From positions 128,001-192,000 of the forward strand of contig CAVXLD010000005.1 of NCBI GenBank assembly GCA_963762565.1: a stretch of 64,000 bases of DNA. Reading direction: 5' to 3'. Made by a program: the position numbers and the translations under genes. Below are positions 38,589 through 48,923 of the stretch, one piece after another (position 1 is the first letter of the stretch; the number at the start of each line of letters is the position of its first letter). The notes under the pieces were generated by a model that had not been told where the DNA came from, did no database searches, and was given only the letters and a program-made list of their open reading frames with translations. This stretch comes from an uncultured Verrucomicrobiae bacterium. GTDB lineage: Bacteria; Verrucomicrobiota; Verrucomicrobiia; Chthoniobacterales; JAFAMB01.

Positions 38589-39317
38589 TTACACGCCTCC
38601 GTAGCGGCGTTGGCGGCGGTTGTATTCCGCGACGGCATCCACAAGATCTTGGCGGGTGAAATCAGGCCACAGTTTCGGGATCACGTACATCTCGGTGTAG
38701 CTCACTTGCCAAAGTAGAAAATTCGAGATCCGCATTTCGCCGGAGGTTCGGATCAGGAGGTCGGGATCGGGTAAGTCGCGGGTGTAAAGGAAACTGTTGA
38801 AGAGCTCGGCATCGATGGCGTCGGGTCGTAACTTGCCGTCAGCAACTTCTTCGGCCACGCGTTGAATGGCATCGATGATCTCGGTGCGGCCACTATAGTT
38901 AACGGCGAGGATGGCTGTCAGCTGGGTATTGTTGGCCGTGGTGGTGATGGCGTGTTGAAGCTGGTCCTGGCATTCCGGCGGTAGCTCGTTCAACCTGCCG
39001 ATGGCCTGTACACGGACGCCGCGACGGGCCATGTCTTTGGTGTAGTCGCGGAGGAACCGTTGCAATAGACCCATCAAGGTATCGACTTCTTCCTTCGGTC
39101 GCTGCCAGTTCTCGGTCGAGAAAGCGTACAGGGTGAGGTATTCGATACCGAGCTCGAGACAAGTTTCCACACACTCGCGGACTGCTTTTGCACCTTCGAG
39201 ATGACCCCGGGAGCGCGGCCATCCGCGTTGTCGTGCCCACCTCCCGTTGCCATCCATAATGACGGCAATATGCCTAGGAGTTTTACTGACCATGTTAAGC
39301 TGGTCAACAACCGGCAT
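38589..39317 (-). CDS. uppS: Undecaprenyl diphosphate synthase (isoprenyl transferase)
   Basis: HIAVIMDGNGRWA, YAFSTENW.R and DLLIRTSGEMRISNFLLWQ. Confidence 0.96.
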   Translation of the reverse strand: MPVVDQLNMVSKTPRHIAVIMDGNGRWARQRGWPRSRGHLEGAKAVRECVETCLELGIEYLTLYAFSTENWQRPKEEVDTLMGLLQRFLRDYTKDMARRGVRVQAIGRLNELPPECQDQLQHAITTTANNTQLTAILAVNYSGRTEIIDAIQRVAEEVADGKLRPDAIDAELFNSFLYTRDLPDPDLLIRTSGEMRISNFLLWQVSYTEMYVIPKLWPDFTRQDLVDAVAEYNRRQRRYGGV

Positions 39318-39342
39318 GGGGAGGGAAAAAGCAAATCGGAAA

Positions 39343-39493
39343 GGAGCTAGGAGCTAGAATCCAGGAGCTAGGAGGGGGAGGCAGGCGGCGTGTTGGCGTA
39401 TGGGCGTGGCGGCGTATGGGCGTATGGGCGTATCGGCGTGTGGGCGTGTGGGCGTGTGAGTGGACTTAGTGGACCTTGTGGACGGAGTGGACG
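39343..39493. repeat. GAGCTAG, GGCGTATG and GTGGAC arrays
   Basis: Arrays at 39343-39372, 39387-39457 and 39459-39493. Confidence 0.9.
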
Positions 39494-39690
39494 AAGTGTG
39501 GCAAGGGGCGAGTGGGGCTGCTCCTGAGATCGGCGGCTGGCGGCTGCCGGGAGCGTTCACGGCATTGTTTTTGAATATCGGTGCTTGCAGATTAGACAGG
39601 ATGGGCAAAAGATAACACCCGGTTTTTGGCTCGTTGGAGATAAGGTTGACCATTTAGGGGCATCCATACCCCCTACGAGCACGCAGTTTG

Positions 39691-41133
39691 ATGCAGACGA
39701 TTTTGCTTGTTGATCCAGAGACAGATTTCCTTGAGTGGGCCCAGAACCAACTCGAAACACCGACTACTCGTGTCCTGACGGCTACCACTGCGGACGAGGG
39801 CTACAAGGTTTATATCTCGGAAAACCCGGATCTTTTGGTTTCTGAGACCCACCTGATGCCTTTCAGTGGCTTGGAACTGTTGGCGCGCATTCGTCAGCGG
39901 GATACGAACGCGATGGTGATATTAATGAGCGCTTTCGGGACGACACAATCGGTCATTGAGTCGATGAAGTTGGGAGCTTTCGACTATCTGCGAAAGGAAT
40001 CGTTACCATTCAATCTTAAGCCAGTCGTGGACGCGGCGTTGACGGCTCAGGCGGAGATGCGCTCGGCGACGGCGTTTAAGCCACAACTGACGGTCGAGCA
40101 ATACCAGGACAGCCTGGTGGGGCAATCCCAAGCCATGCAGCAGGTCTTCAAGATGGTGGGTCGAGTCTCCCACAGTGATGCGCCGGTGATGATCACGGGT
40201 GAAAGCGGGTCGGGTAAAGAATTGGTGGCGCGGGCGATCCATCACTATAGCAATCGGAGTTCGCAAACCTTCATTGCGATCAATTGTGCGGCAATTCCGG
40301 AGAATCTTTTGGAAAGCGAATTGTTCGGTCACGAACGAGGAGCTTTTACGGGAGCGGCGTCGCAGCGGATCGGTCGATTCGAGCAGAGCAACGGCGGGAC
40401 TCTGTTCCTGGACGAGATTGGGGAAATGCCGCTGCCGGTTCAGAGCAAGATTCTGCGAGTATTGCAGGAAGGCGAGTTTTCGCGAGTAGGCGGAAATGCA
40501 GTGATTAAGACCGATGTCCGCATCATTGCCGCCACAAATAAGACTCTGGAACAAGAGGTAGCGAAGAAACAGTTCCGGGAAGACTTATTTTACCGCCTGA
40601 ACGTGGTGCGGATTCATTTGCCGCCGTTACGTCAGCGGAAAGAAGATATCCGTTTGTTGGCGGAATATTTCTTAAAGAAGATTTCTATCCAGAAACATCT
40701 GCCGCAGCTAACCGTATCCGCAGATTCGATCAAAGTTTTGGAGGACTATCCTTGGCCAGGGAACGTGCGCGAGCTTGAGAATACGATCCAACGGGCCTGT
40801 GTGTTGGCAACGAGCGATGTGCTTTTGCCGAAGGACATTCCGCTGGGAATTGCGAGTCAGACGGATCACTCGAATGGTGATCATCTCCCGAGTTCGTCCT
40901 CGGGAGTTACCAAACCTAGTTTGGATGTGGCGGTGGAGACGTTGTTGGATGCGGCGGCATCGGATCCCACGATTCAGCTTTTGCCATGGTTAGAACGGGA
41001 ATTCACGGTGTCGGCGATGAAGCGGACAAAAGGGAACCAGGTGAAGGCGGCGAAGTTGTTAGGGGTGACGCGAGCGACGTTGCGGAAGAGGATTGAGCGG
41101 TATGGGATTACCAAGGAATTGAGTTTTCAATAG
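39691..41133 (+). CDS. Sigma54-dependent activator (NtrC/AtoC-like) with atypical receiver domain
   Basis: [31 protein letters not shown] and Fis-type HTH; phospho-acceptor position is Glu. Confidence 0.93.
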   Translation: MQTILLVDPETDFLEWAQNQLETPTTRVLTATTADEGYKVYISENPDLLVSETHLMPFSGLELLARIRQRDTNAMVILMSAFGTTQSVIESMKLGAFDYLRKESLPFNLKPVVDAALTAQAEMRSATAFKPQLTVEQYQDSLVGQSQAMQQVFKMVGRVSHSDAPVMITGESGSGKELVARAIHHYSNRSSQTFIAINCAAIPENLLESELFGHERGAFTGAASQRIGRFEQSNGGTLFLDEIGEMPLPVQSKILRVLQEGEFSRVGGNAVIKTDVRIIAATNKTLEQEVAKKQFREDLFYRLNVVRIHLPPLRQRKEDIRLLAEYFLKKISIQKHLPQLTVSADSIKVLEDYPWPGNVRELENTIQRACVLATSDVLLPKDIPLGIASQTDHSNGDHLPSSSSGVTKPSLDVAVETLLDAAASDPTIQLLPWLEREFTVSAMKRTKGNQVKAAKLLGVTRATLRKRIERYGITKELSFQ

Positions 41134-41217
41134 AGGCAGGAGCTAGGAGCTAGGATTGTCCCAGGTGATGCGACAGCCTACTAGAGGTGCGAAGCACTGG
41201 AATCATGATAGCCTAGG

Positions 41218-44200
41218 GTGGAGCGTAGCGGAGGCCTAGGAAGGGTGAGGAGTATTTCGAGTATTCAAGAGAAGCCGGTAGGCGACAGTGCGCCTCAGTC
41301 GGGGGACTTCGGGAATGGGGCTGAGAAGACGCAGCAAGAGGATGCGCCCACGGTAAAGCGGCAGCGGAAAAATGGGGATAAGCGGTCGAGGGATGATCGA
41401 AAGGGAGCGAACCAGGGAGAAGGGCCGCTTCAGTCGAGTGTTGGATTCGTTGCTGAGTCGCGGGCGTTCGTTCGGAGATTCAAGAAAAAGGGTTGGTTTG
41501 AGCAGGTGTGTGAGCCGGCTCAGGCGTTTGTGGCGGCTTGCGCGGTTAGACATTTTGCTTCCAGGAATTGTTGGTTGATCTGTCCGGACGCTCGCCGGCA
41601 AGAAGAGATTTTTAATGGACTTTTGAACTGGGGGATAACCGCCTGGTTTTTTCCCGAGTTGGAGGCGCCCGCGATTGAGGGTGCGGTTCCGGACCCAGAG
41701 GTTGTGGCGGAACGGCTCAATGTGCTTCAGCATTTGGCCGAAGGTAAACGGGCGGTGGTGGTAGTAACTCGGGCCGCTTTGGCAGACGAGGTACCGAATC
41801 GGGACCGCGTTGGTAGTCAAACCTTTGTGGTCAAACGAGGCCAGGCCCTGGATCGAACCGCATTGATCGAGGGGTTATTGAAGTGCGGTTATCAACAGGT
41901 GGGTCAGGTGAGCGGCCGAGGGGAGTTTGCTGTGCGCGGCGGCATCATCGATGTTTTCTCGCTGCAACATGCCTTACCGCTGCGCATCGAGCTATTTGGC
42001 AGTGATGTTGACTCATTGCGCGAGTTCGATCTAGATGATCAGACCGCCGTTCAGGTGGTTGATCGAGGCGAAATCTTTCTGGGAGAACCGGATTCCGAGG
42101 GTACCCGGTTTGCCGACTATATTCGGCGCGGCGACTTGTTGATCGATATCGAGTCGGAATACGAGGACGCGCCGGTTCGGATCAGCGCTGGAGCGCTCGA
42201 CTCCGATCGAATTGAGGATTTTGAGACCGCGTTTTACCCTTCCGGGTTTCACGACTTCGAAGCGGGCGATTTCCTGGTAGAAGAGACCAAGCGAGAACAA
42301 GCATTGGATCAACTCCGGCGGTGGCTAAAGGAAGGATGGCGCATTCTAGCGGTCTGCCATAATGAGGGTGAACTAGAACGGCTACGCGATGTTTTTACCG
42401 ACAACGAGCTGGATGTTCAACAGATGGTTTTTGCGGTAGGGGTTTTGAACCACGGTTTCACTTATGAGACCGGCAAGTTGGCGGTGCTTTCTGATGCCGA
42501 GATCTTCGGCCGGTACCAAAGCCCGAGCGCCCGGAGATTGGCCTTGCGGCGTTCTCGACTGCGAGGAGGGCGAGCGCCGGTTGATTTCAGCGAATTGGCC
42601 GAGGGCGATTACGTGGTTCATCTCGAGTACGGTATCGCGAAATACAAGGGCATCCGAAAGCTGGAGCAGGAGGGTGTCGAATCGGAGTGCGTGGTCCTTG
42701 AGTTTGCGGATGACGCCAGGCTGTATGTTCCATTCGAGCAAGCGTTTTTGATCTCGCGATATGTCGGCCTGGGTAAGCGCTTTCCGCTATTAAGCACGCT
42801 GGGCGATAGCAAGTGGGCAAGAGCGAAGAAAGCGGCAGAGACCGCGGTGTTCGATTACGCAGCCCAGTTGCTGAAACTGCAAGCTGAACGTCAGACTTTG
42901 ACCGGACACAAATTTCTGCCGGACACAAAGTGGCAGGCTGAATTCGAGGCTTCGTTTCTTTACAAAGAAACCCCGGACCAATTGCGAGCGATCGAGGATA
43001 CCAAGAGAGACATGGAATCCGAGCAGCCGATGGATCGGTTGATTTGCGGCGATGTCGGCTTCGGCAAAACTGAGGTTGCGATACGGGCTGCGTTCAAGGT
43101 GGTAATGGGGGGAAAACAAGTGGCGGTGTTAGTGCCGACGACCGTCTTAGCACAACAACATTTTCAAACGTTTCGAGAGCGGACCTCCGACTATCCGGTG
43201 ACAGTGGGGATGTTGAGCCGGTTTTTATCGGCGGCGGAACAGCGAAAGACGGTTGAGGCGCTTCGAGACGGCTCTTTGGATATCGTTATCGGGACGCACC
43301 GGTTGGTGTCGCCGGATATCGAGTTCAAGGACCTCGGGCTGGTGATCGTCGATGAGGAGCAACGGTTTGGGGTCCGGCATAAAGAACGTTTGAAAGAGCG
43401 GTTCAAGCTGGTCGATGTGCTCACCCTCTCGGCAACGCCGATTCCGCGCACTTTGTATCTCTCTCTGGTGGGAGCGAAGGATATGTCGGTCATTGAGACG
43501 CCGCCACCGAACCGGTTGCCGATAGAAACGATCGTTTGCGGTTACGACGAACGCGTGATTCGAGATGCGATTCAGCGAGAACTGAAGCGGCGGGGTCAGG
43601 TTTATTTTTTGCATAACCGGATCCATTCCATTCGGCGGGTGAAAGAGAGGGTGATTGAGCTTTGTCCCGGCGCCCGGGTTGAAATCGGGCATGGGCAAAT
43701 GGATGAAGAGGAACTGGAACGGGTGATGCAGCGCTTTGTAGAAGGGGAGATTGACGTCTTGATCTCGACGACGATCATCGAGAGCGGTCTGGATATTCCG
43801 AATGCAAACACGATCATCATCGATCGAGCGGATCGATTTGGATTAGCAGATCTGTATCAGCTGCGAGGGCGCGTGGGGCGGGCTCAGCACAAAGCCTACG
43901 CCTATTTAATGTTGCCGCGGGAGCTGATAGGTGTGGGAGCCGCTCGCCGGCGAATTAACGCGATTAAGCAGTATTCCGGACTGGGAGCCGGATTTAGGAT
44001 TGCGATGCGCGACCTGGAGATTCGCGGTGCAGGCAACATCCTGGGAACGGCCCAGAGCGGTCACATCACGAACGTAGGGTTCGAGCTTTATTGCCAACTC
44101 TTGCACGACGCGATCGAGAAGCTGAAAGGCAAAAAAGCGAAGGGTAGGTCGGAAGCGGTCCTCAGGCTTGATTTTGTGGCGACGAACGAGTCGGAATTTG

Positions 44201-44571
44201 TGACCGCCGGCGAGGCGAAAGCGCCGGCATTCATTGCGGCCGATTATATTCCGCAGCCGCATCTGCGAATTCAAGCGTACAAGAAGCTTGCTGCCGCGAG
44301 CAACCCGGAAGAATTGAGCAAGCTACAGACGGAGTGGAGAGATAGGTTCGGACCGCTTCCGGAGCCTGTCAGCAACCTGTTGTTGCTGACTGAAATTAAG
44401 TTGGTCGCAGGGAAGGCTCGGGTGGCGCGAGTCGAAGTCAAAGAGAACAAAGTGATGCTGCTACGGGGCGGAGATTATTTGCTTATTGGAGTTCGGTTTC
44501 CCCGCTTGACTTCGCCGGACCCGCAATCTAGGGTCGGCGAACTGTTGTCCCTCCTCCGGAGGCTTTCATAA
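41218..44571 (+). CDS. mfd: Transcription-repair coupling factor
   Basis: GEFAVRGG, GDYVVH (RID), CGDVGFGKT, DEEQ, SATPIP, QLRGRVGR and TRCF C-terminus; start uncertain because the GTG lies in a REP-like stretch. Confidence 0.96.
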   Translation: MERSGGLGRVRSISSIQEKPVGDSAPQSGDFGNGAEKTQQEDAPTVKRQRKNGDKRSRDDRKGANQGEGPLQSSVGFVAESRAFVRRFKKKGWFEQVCEPAQAFVAACAVRHFASRNCWLICPDARRQEEIFNGLLNWGITAWFFPELEAPAIEGAVPDPEVVAERLNVLQHLAEGKRAVVVVTRAALADEVPNRDRVGSQTFVVKRGQALDRTALIEGLLKCGYQQVGQVSGRGEFAVRGGIIDVFSLQHALPLRIELFGSDVDSLREFDLDDQTAVQVVDRGEIFLGEPDSEGTRFADYIRRGDLLIDIESEYEDAPVRISAGALDSDRIEDFETAFYPSGFHDFEAGDFLVEETKREQALDQLRRWLKEGWRILAVCHNEGELERLRDVFTDNELDVQQMVFAVGVLNHGFTYETGKLAVLSDAEIFGRYQSPSARRLALRRSRLRGGRAPVDFSELAEGDYVVHLEYGIAKYKGIRKLEQEGVESECVVLEFADDARLYVPFEQAFLISRYVGLGKRFPLLSTLGDSKWARAKKAAETAVFDYAAQLLKLQAERQTLTGHKFLPDTKWQAEFEASFLYKETPDQLRAIEDTKRDMESEQPMDRLICGDVGFGKTEVAIRAAFKVVMGGKQVAVLVPTTVLAQQHFQTFRERTSDYPVTVGMLSRFLSAAEQRKTVEALRDGSLDIVIGTHRLVSPDIEFKDLGLVIVDEEQRFGVRHKERLKERFKLVDVLTLSATPIPRTLYLSLVGAKDMSVIETPPPNRLPIETIVCGYDERVIRDAIQRELKRRGQVYFLHNRIHSIRRVKERVIELCPGARVEIGHGQMDEEELERVMQRFVEGEIDVLISTTIIESGLDIPNANTIIIDRADRFGLADLYQLRGRVGRAQHKAYAYLMLPRELIGVGAARRRINAIKQYSGLGAGFRIAMRDLEIRGAGNILGTAQSGHITNVGFELYCQLLHDAIEKLKGKKAKGRSEAVLRLDFVATNESEFVTAGEAKAPAFIAADYIPQPHLRIQAYKKLAAASNPEELSKLQTEWRDRFGPLPEPVSNLLLLTEIKLVAGKARVARVEVKENKVMLLRGGDYLLIGVRFPRLTSPDPQSRVGELLSLLRRLS

Positions 44572-44580
44572 TTCATTGGC

Positions 44581-45555
44581 ATGCTACCTAAGATTGTTTG
44601 TCGCGTTTCGCTCGTCGCTTTGCTACTCGTGCCGGGGCTTGTGTGGGGGGATGCCGAGGTAATCGATGGAATTGCCGCAGTAGTCAACGGCGACGTAATC
44701 ACCTTTTCCCAAGTACAAGAAGTTGCCGCTCCTGAGGAACAATCTCTGAAGCAGCAGTACACCGGTCAGGAACTGATCGACAAGATCAAGGAGACGCGCT
44801 TGGCGGTCTTGAACGATCTGATTAACCGGCAACTGATCCTTCAGGAATTCAAGAAGAAGGAATACACTCTTCCGGACTACGTCGTGGAAGAGCAGGTCCA
44901 GGACATCATTAAGGATGAGTTCGGCGGTGATCGTCAGGCCTTTGTGCGAACGTTGCAGGCACAGGGATACACGCTGAACAAGTTCCGGGATAAGGAGAAA
45001 GAAAAGATCACCGTGCAGGTGATGCGGCAGAACCAATTAAAGGACGACAGTTTTACCCCGTCGCCGGAGGCAATTGACGCCTATTACAACGCGAACAAGC
45101 AAGAGTTCGCGACGCCCGCCCAGGTCAAGCTGCGGATGATCGTGTTGAATTCCGATCCACTAGTGACCGATTCCGCGAAAACTACGCAACAGATGGCGAA
45201 CGACATCCGGGACAAAGCGACCCATGGAGGCGATTTTGCGACTTTGGCCAAGACCTATTCGATGGATGGAACCGCTGAGAACGGCGGTGACTGGGGTTGG
45301 GTCGATGAGAAGACTTTGAACCAGGACCTGACCAAGACCGCCTTTGCTCTGAAAAAGGGAGAGGTAAGCTCGGTGGCGCAGATCGGTGATTCTTTCTATC
45401 TGCTTTATTGTGAGGATAGAAAAGACCCGGCCGTCACCGCGCTGAACGATGTACGGGATGCTATCCAGAAAAAGCTGACCCAGATCGAGAAGCAGAAAGC
45501 GACGCAGCGATGGTTGGATGGCCTGCGGGAGAAGGCGTTTATAAAAGTGTATTAG
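44581..45555 (+). CDS. SurA-like parvulin peptidyl-prolyl isomerase/chaperone
   Basis: Signal peptide, IAAVVNGDVIT, DFATLAKTYS and GGDWGW. Confidence 0.88.
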   Translation: MLPKIVCRVSLVALLLVPGLVWGDAEVIDGIAAVVNGDVITFSQVQEVAAPEEQSLKQQYTGQELIDKIKETRLAVLNDLINRQLILQEFKKKEYTLPDYVVEEQVQDIIKDEFGGDRQAFVRTLQAQGYTLNKFRDKEKEKITVQVMRQNQLKDDSFTPSPEAIDAYYNANKQEFATPAQVKLRMIVLNSDPLVTDSAKTTQQMANDIRDKATHGGDFATLAKTYSMDGTAENGGDWGWVDEKTLNQDLTKTAFALKKGEVSSVAQIGDSFYLLYCEDRKDPAVTALNDVRDAIQKKLTQIEKQKATQRWLDGLREKAFIKVY

Positions 45556-45561
45556 GAAGTT

Positions 45562-45844
45562 GGTAGGGCGAGGCTCCCGATCTTCCTCGAATCGCTCGCA
45601 AGGCGACGAGGTCGTGCAAATCTATAGGGACCAGCGCCTAAACGTCTGCCGAGCCGCCGTCAAGCGCGTGGCGATGGTCCAAAGATAGTGACGGCCGAGG
45701 CAAAACAGCAACCACTCCTACGCACCGGGTCATGGTTCACCGGGGGCCTCGGCTCGGCAGTCCATCGGCCCGGAACACAAAATTTTTAATCAACGAGGCA
45801 ATCCCTGGATAGCCGCCAAGCTATTGCGGGAGCCTCGCCCTACC
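45562..45844. mobile_element. Split-REP inverted pair 3
   Basis: GGTAGGGCGAGGCTCCC, 69 nt, GCCGAGCC, 95-nt spacer, GGCTCGGC, 69 nt, GGGAGCCTCGCCCTACC. Confidence 0.82.
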
Positions 45845-45850
45845 AACTTC

Positions 45851-46657
45851 ATGAGTCTCCGGGTCTATTTGAAGGCGTTCGACGTGGGATTGCAGGACAC
45901 CTTTGTTTATCGGTGGAATTTCTTTCTGCGCTCGATCTTCGAACTGCTGCCCTTGATGGGGACGGTCCTGATCTGGGGGGTCGTGTTTGACCAGCGGCAA
46001 AGTGGAGTCGGAGGGTTCGATTTTCGGACCGTGATCGCTTATTTTTTGCTCGTCTTATTTCTGGACGCTTTGGTTACGCCTAAAGATGACGAATTTCAGA
46101 TCGCGGCTGACATTCGAGAGGGGCAGATCAGTGCCTTTCTGGTGAAACCGATCAATTATCTTCTCTATCGGTTTAGTCTTTTCGCCAGTAGCCGGTTGCT
46201 TTTCACAGCCATGACTTTGCCGGTGTTTCTGTGTCTCTTTGCTTTCACCGCCAGTTATTTTAGTTGGCCATCCGACATCGGGTTATGGCTGGCAGCATTG
46301 TGGACAACGGCGATGGCGGCGCTGTTGCAGTTCTTCATCACGATCTCAATCGCCCTCCTGGCGTTCTGGATGTTGGAGATATCGACTGTCGTTTTTATCG
46401 TTTATTCGTTCGAGTACATGCTGAGTGGGAGAATGTTTCCGCTCGCGTTTATGCCGGAGGCAGTTCAGCAGGTGCTCCGCTGGTTGCCGTTTCCTTATGA
46501 ACTTTATTTTCCGGTATCAGTCCTGATGAACCGGGTCCATGGCGCGGATCTTTGGTTCGGGCTGGGCGTACAGGCGTTTTGGGTGATAGCGGCCGGTGCC
46601 TTGGCCCAACTGATGTGGCAGCAAGGGCTGCGGAAGTATCAAGCCGTTGGCGGCTAG
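45851..46657 (+). CDS. ABC-2 family transporter permease (DUF990-like)
   Basis: YRWNF, IREGQI..FLVKP, LSG..FPL..MP and G.RKYQAVGG. Confidence 0.88.
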   Translation: MSLRVYLKAFDVGLQDTFVYRWNFFLRSIFELLPLMGTVLIWGVVFDQRQSGVGGFDFRTVIAYFLLVLFLDALVTPKDDEFQIAADIREGQISAFLVKPINYLLYRFSLFASSRLLFTAMTLPVFLCLFAFTASYFSWPSDIGLWLAALWTTAMAALLQFFITISIALLAFWMLEISTVVFIVYSFEYMLSGRMFPLAFMPEAVQQVLRWLPFPYELYFPVSVLMNRVHGADLWFGLGVQAFWVIAAGALAQLMWQQGLRKYQAVGG

Positions 46658-46741
46658 CGCGCTACGCGCGCATGACCGATAGCCAATAGCCGATAGCCAA
46701 TTTCACGATCGGCTATCGGCTATTGGCTATGCGCGAAGCGC
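46658..46741. repeat. Inverted GCCAATA/TATTGGC heptamer hairpin between convergent genes (possible bidirectional terminator)
   Basis: gatagccaatagccgatagcc...ggctatcggctattggctat, with gcgc caps. Confidence 0.8.
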
Positions 46742-47920
46742 TCAGCGCACGAACGCTGAAGCGTAGGTCATGGTGCTAGCGCTGCGGGCCTGGCGGACAT
46801 GCCGATGAATCCACACGCTCTCAAGCACGCCAAGGGCGAAAAGGATTAGCACTAGGAAAGAGCCGCCGTAGCTGATCAGCGGCAGCGGGACACCGGTGAT
46901 GGGGGTGATGGAAATGTTCATGCCGATATTCATGAACACGTGAGTGAAAACGAGGGCCACTATGGATACGGCAGCCAATCTGCCCAGTTCGTCCGGCGCA
47001 ACCGCGGCGATTAGTAGACCCGTGAGTAATAAGGCGGCGTACGCGGTGATCAGGGTAATATCACCGACAAAACCGAACTGCTCGGAGATACCAGCGAAAA
47101 TGAAGTCGGTATGGACAATGGTCGAAGGGAGGAACCCAAGCTGGATCTGGGTATTAGGCGCAGCGAACCCTTTTCCGTTGAAGCCGCCGGAGCCGATTGC
47201 GATCAGGGCCTGATTAATGGTCCAGCTGGCTCCTTGAGGATCGTAATCCGGATCGATAAAAGTCGTGAGACGCTCTCGTTGGTAGGTCTTTAGACCGAAA
47301 TTGGCGATCACCGGCACCACGGCGACTGCCATAATGATGATGACCAAAAGGTAACGTTTCGGGATACGTCCGACAAAGAAGAGGGCTAAGAGCGGTGGCA
47401 GCATCACAAGACACTCGCCGAGGTCGGGTTGAATCAGGATCAATAGCCAGGGAGGCGCGATGATCGCGGCGCAGCTGCAAATTCGGCCCACGGTTGGCCA
47501 AAAACCAGACCAATTCCCGGTGTTAGCGAGCAGCCACGAGAGCAGGAGCAGCGTGGAAATGATCGCTAATTGAGCCGGCTGAAAACTGATTGGGCCTAGT
47601 TCGAGCCAGCTCTTAGCGCCGTAAGTTGTGCGGCCGAAGAAATGCGTCAACACCAAAAACCCGAGGCCGGCGAGGTATAAAAGGAGCGGGAAAATGACGT
47701 TGGAAAGCCAAACCCGATAATTGATAAATGAGGTGACGAAGAAGCAAACGATTGCAATCACCAGCCAGATAATCTGTCGTCTCCACATCTCTTGGAGATA
47801 AACCTCTTCCCGCATGAAGGTGACGCTATAGATAGAAATAACCCCGAAGATCGCGAGGGCGACCGCGATGACCGCTAGCAACCAATTCATGCCCAACAAC
47901 TTCCGAAGAAACAAATTCAT
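46742..47920 (-). CDS. rodA: SEDS family protein RodA/FtsW
   Basis: GAKSW, FQP, QPDLG, AIGSGG..GKG, HTDFIF and PITGVPLPLISYGGS. Confidence 0.88.
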   Translation of the reverse strand: MNLFLRKLLGMNWLLAVIAVALAIFGVISIYSVTFMREEVYLQEMWRRQIIWLVIAIVCFFVTSFINYRVWLSNVIFPLLLYLAGLGFLVLTHFFGRTTYGAKSWLELGPISFQPAQLAIISTLLLLSWLLANTGNWSGFWPTVGRICSCAAIIAPPWLLILIQPDLGECLVMLPPLLALFFVGRIPKRYLLVIIIMAVAVVPVIANFGLKTYQRERLTTFIDPDYDPQGASWTINQALIAIGSGGFNGKGFAAPNTQIQLGFLPSTIVHTDFIFAGISEQFGFVGDITLITAYAALLLTGLLIAAVAPDELGRLAAVSIVALVFTHVFMNIGMNISITPITGVPLPLISYGGSFLVLILFALGVLESVWIHRHVRQARSASTMTYASAFVR

Positions 47921-47935
47921 GAAACTGGCGAGATT

Positions 47936-48736
47936 CTAATCAAGGGAAGGAACGCTGGCGAGTAAGTTTCGAGTATAGTCGTGCTGTGGGTGGGTATAAA
48001 TCGAGACAGCATCGGCCTTTTCAACTATCTGACCGCGAAGCATGACGACGACATCATGGCTGATATGTTCCACGACTGCAAGATCATGAGAAATAAACAG
48101 GTAAGAAAGCCCCAGCTCATCCTGGAGGTCTTGGAGAAGGTTGACGATCTGAGCTTGGACACTGACATCGAGCGCGCTCACGACTTCGTCGCATACAATT
48201 AGTTTTGGTTCGACCGCCAGAGCACGCGCGATTCCTATGCGCTGGCGTTGACCACCGCTGAATTCGTGGGGAAACCGGCTGCCGTGATCGCGGGAAAGGC
48301 CGACTTTCTGGAGCAATTTAGCGACTCGTTCTTCGCGTTCGAGACGGCCTAGATTAGGGAAATGAATTTTAAGCGGCTCGCTGATGATTTGTAGAATGGT
48401 CCAGCGCGGGTTCAACGAACCGAACGGGTCCTGAAAGATCATCTGGATCTGCCGTCGCCAGGGCCGGAATTCTAACTGTGATAGAGGCGTGATATCAGTC
48501 CCGGCGAATCGGATCGTGCCTGCAGTAATCGGTAGCAATTTTAGGATAGCTTTGCCGACGGTTGTTTTGCCGCTTCCGCTTTCACCGACCAAGCCGACGG
48601 TTTTACCGGCGCCGACGCTAAAAGTGACGTCGGTAACCGCTTTGATGAAGCCGGTCCTGCCTTGGAGAATTCCGGTTCTGGTTGGAAACCAGACGCTCAG
48701 GGATTCGACTTCTAGGAGGGGCGAGGCGGGGGGCAT
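47936..48736 (-). CDS. Oligopeptide ABC transporter ATP-binding subunit (OppF/DppF-like), orphan
   Basis: GESGSGKT, FQDP, FSGGQRQR and HPQHDYT. Confidence 0.92.
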   Translation of the reverse strand: MPPASPLLEVESLSVWFPTRTGILQGRTGFIKAVTDVTFSVGAGKTVGLVGESGSGKTTVGKAILKLLPITAGTIRFAGTDITPLSQLEFRPWRRQIQMIFQDPFGSLNPRWTILQIISEPLKIHFPNLGRLEREERVAKLLQKVGLSRDHGSRFPHEFSGGQRQRIGIARALAVEPKLIVCDEVVSALDVSVQAQIVNLLQDLQDELGLSYLFISHDLAVVEHISHDVVVMLRGQIVEKADAVSIYTHPQHDYTRNLLASVPSLD

Positions 48737-48762
48737 TGAGCGTCGAACGTCCGAGAGAATCC

Positions 48763-48923
48763 GGCAGGGCGCGCGTCCCCGCGCGCCGCGAAGATGTTCC
48801 CGACCTTGAGGTGTAATTTTATCATTCGGTTATGGAAGGCCGTTTGGCTCCGCGAACGATCCGGCGGCTGCCGGACGAGGACGCGATCCCTCCCTGTCGA
48901 GGACGATTGCGCGCTCGCCCTAC
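48763..48923. repeat. Degenerate GTAG-type REP pair
   Basis: gcagggcgcgcgtccccgcgcgccg ... gcgcgctcgccctac; the CTAC end contains the thiG stop codon. Confidence 0.55.
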
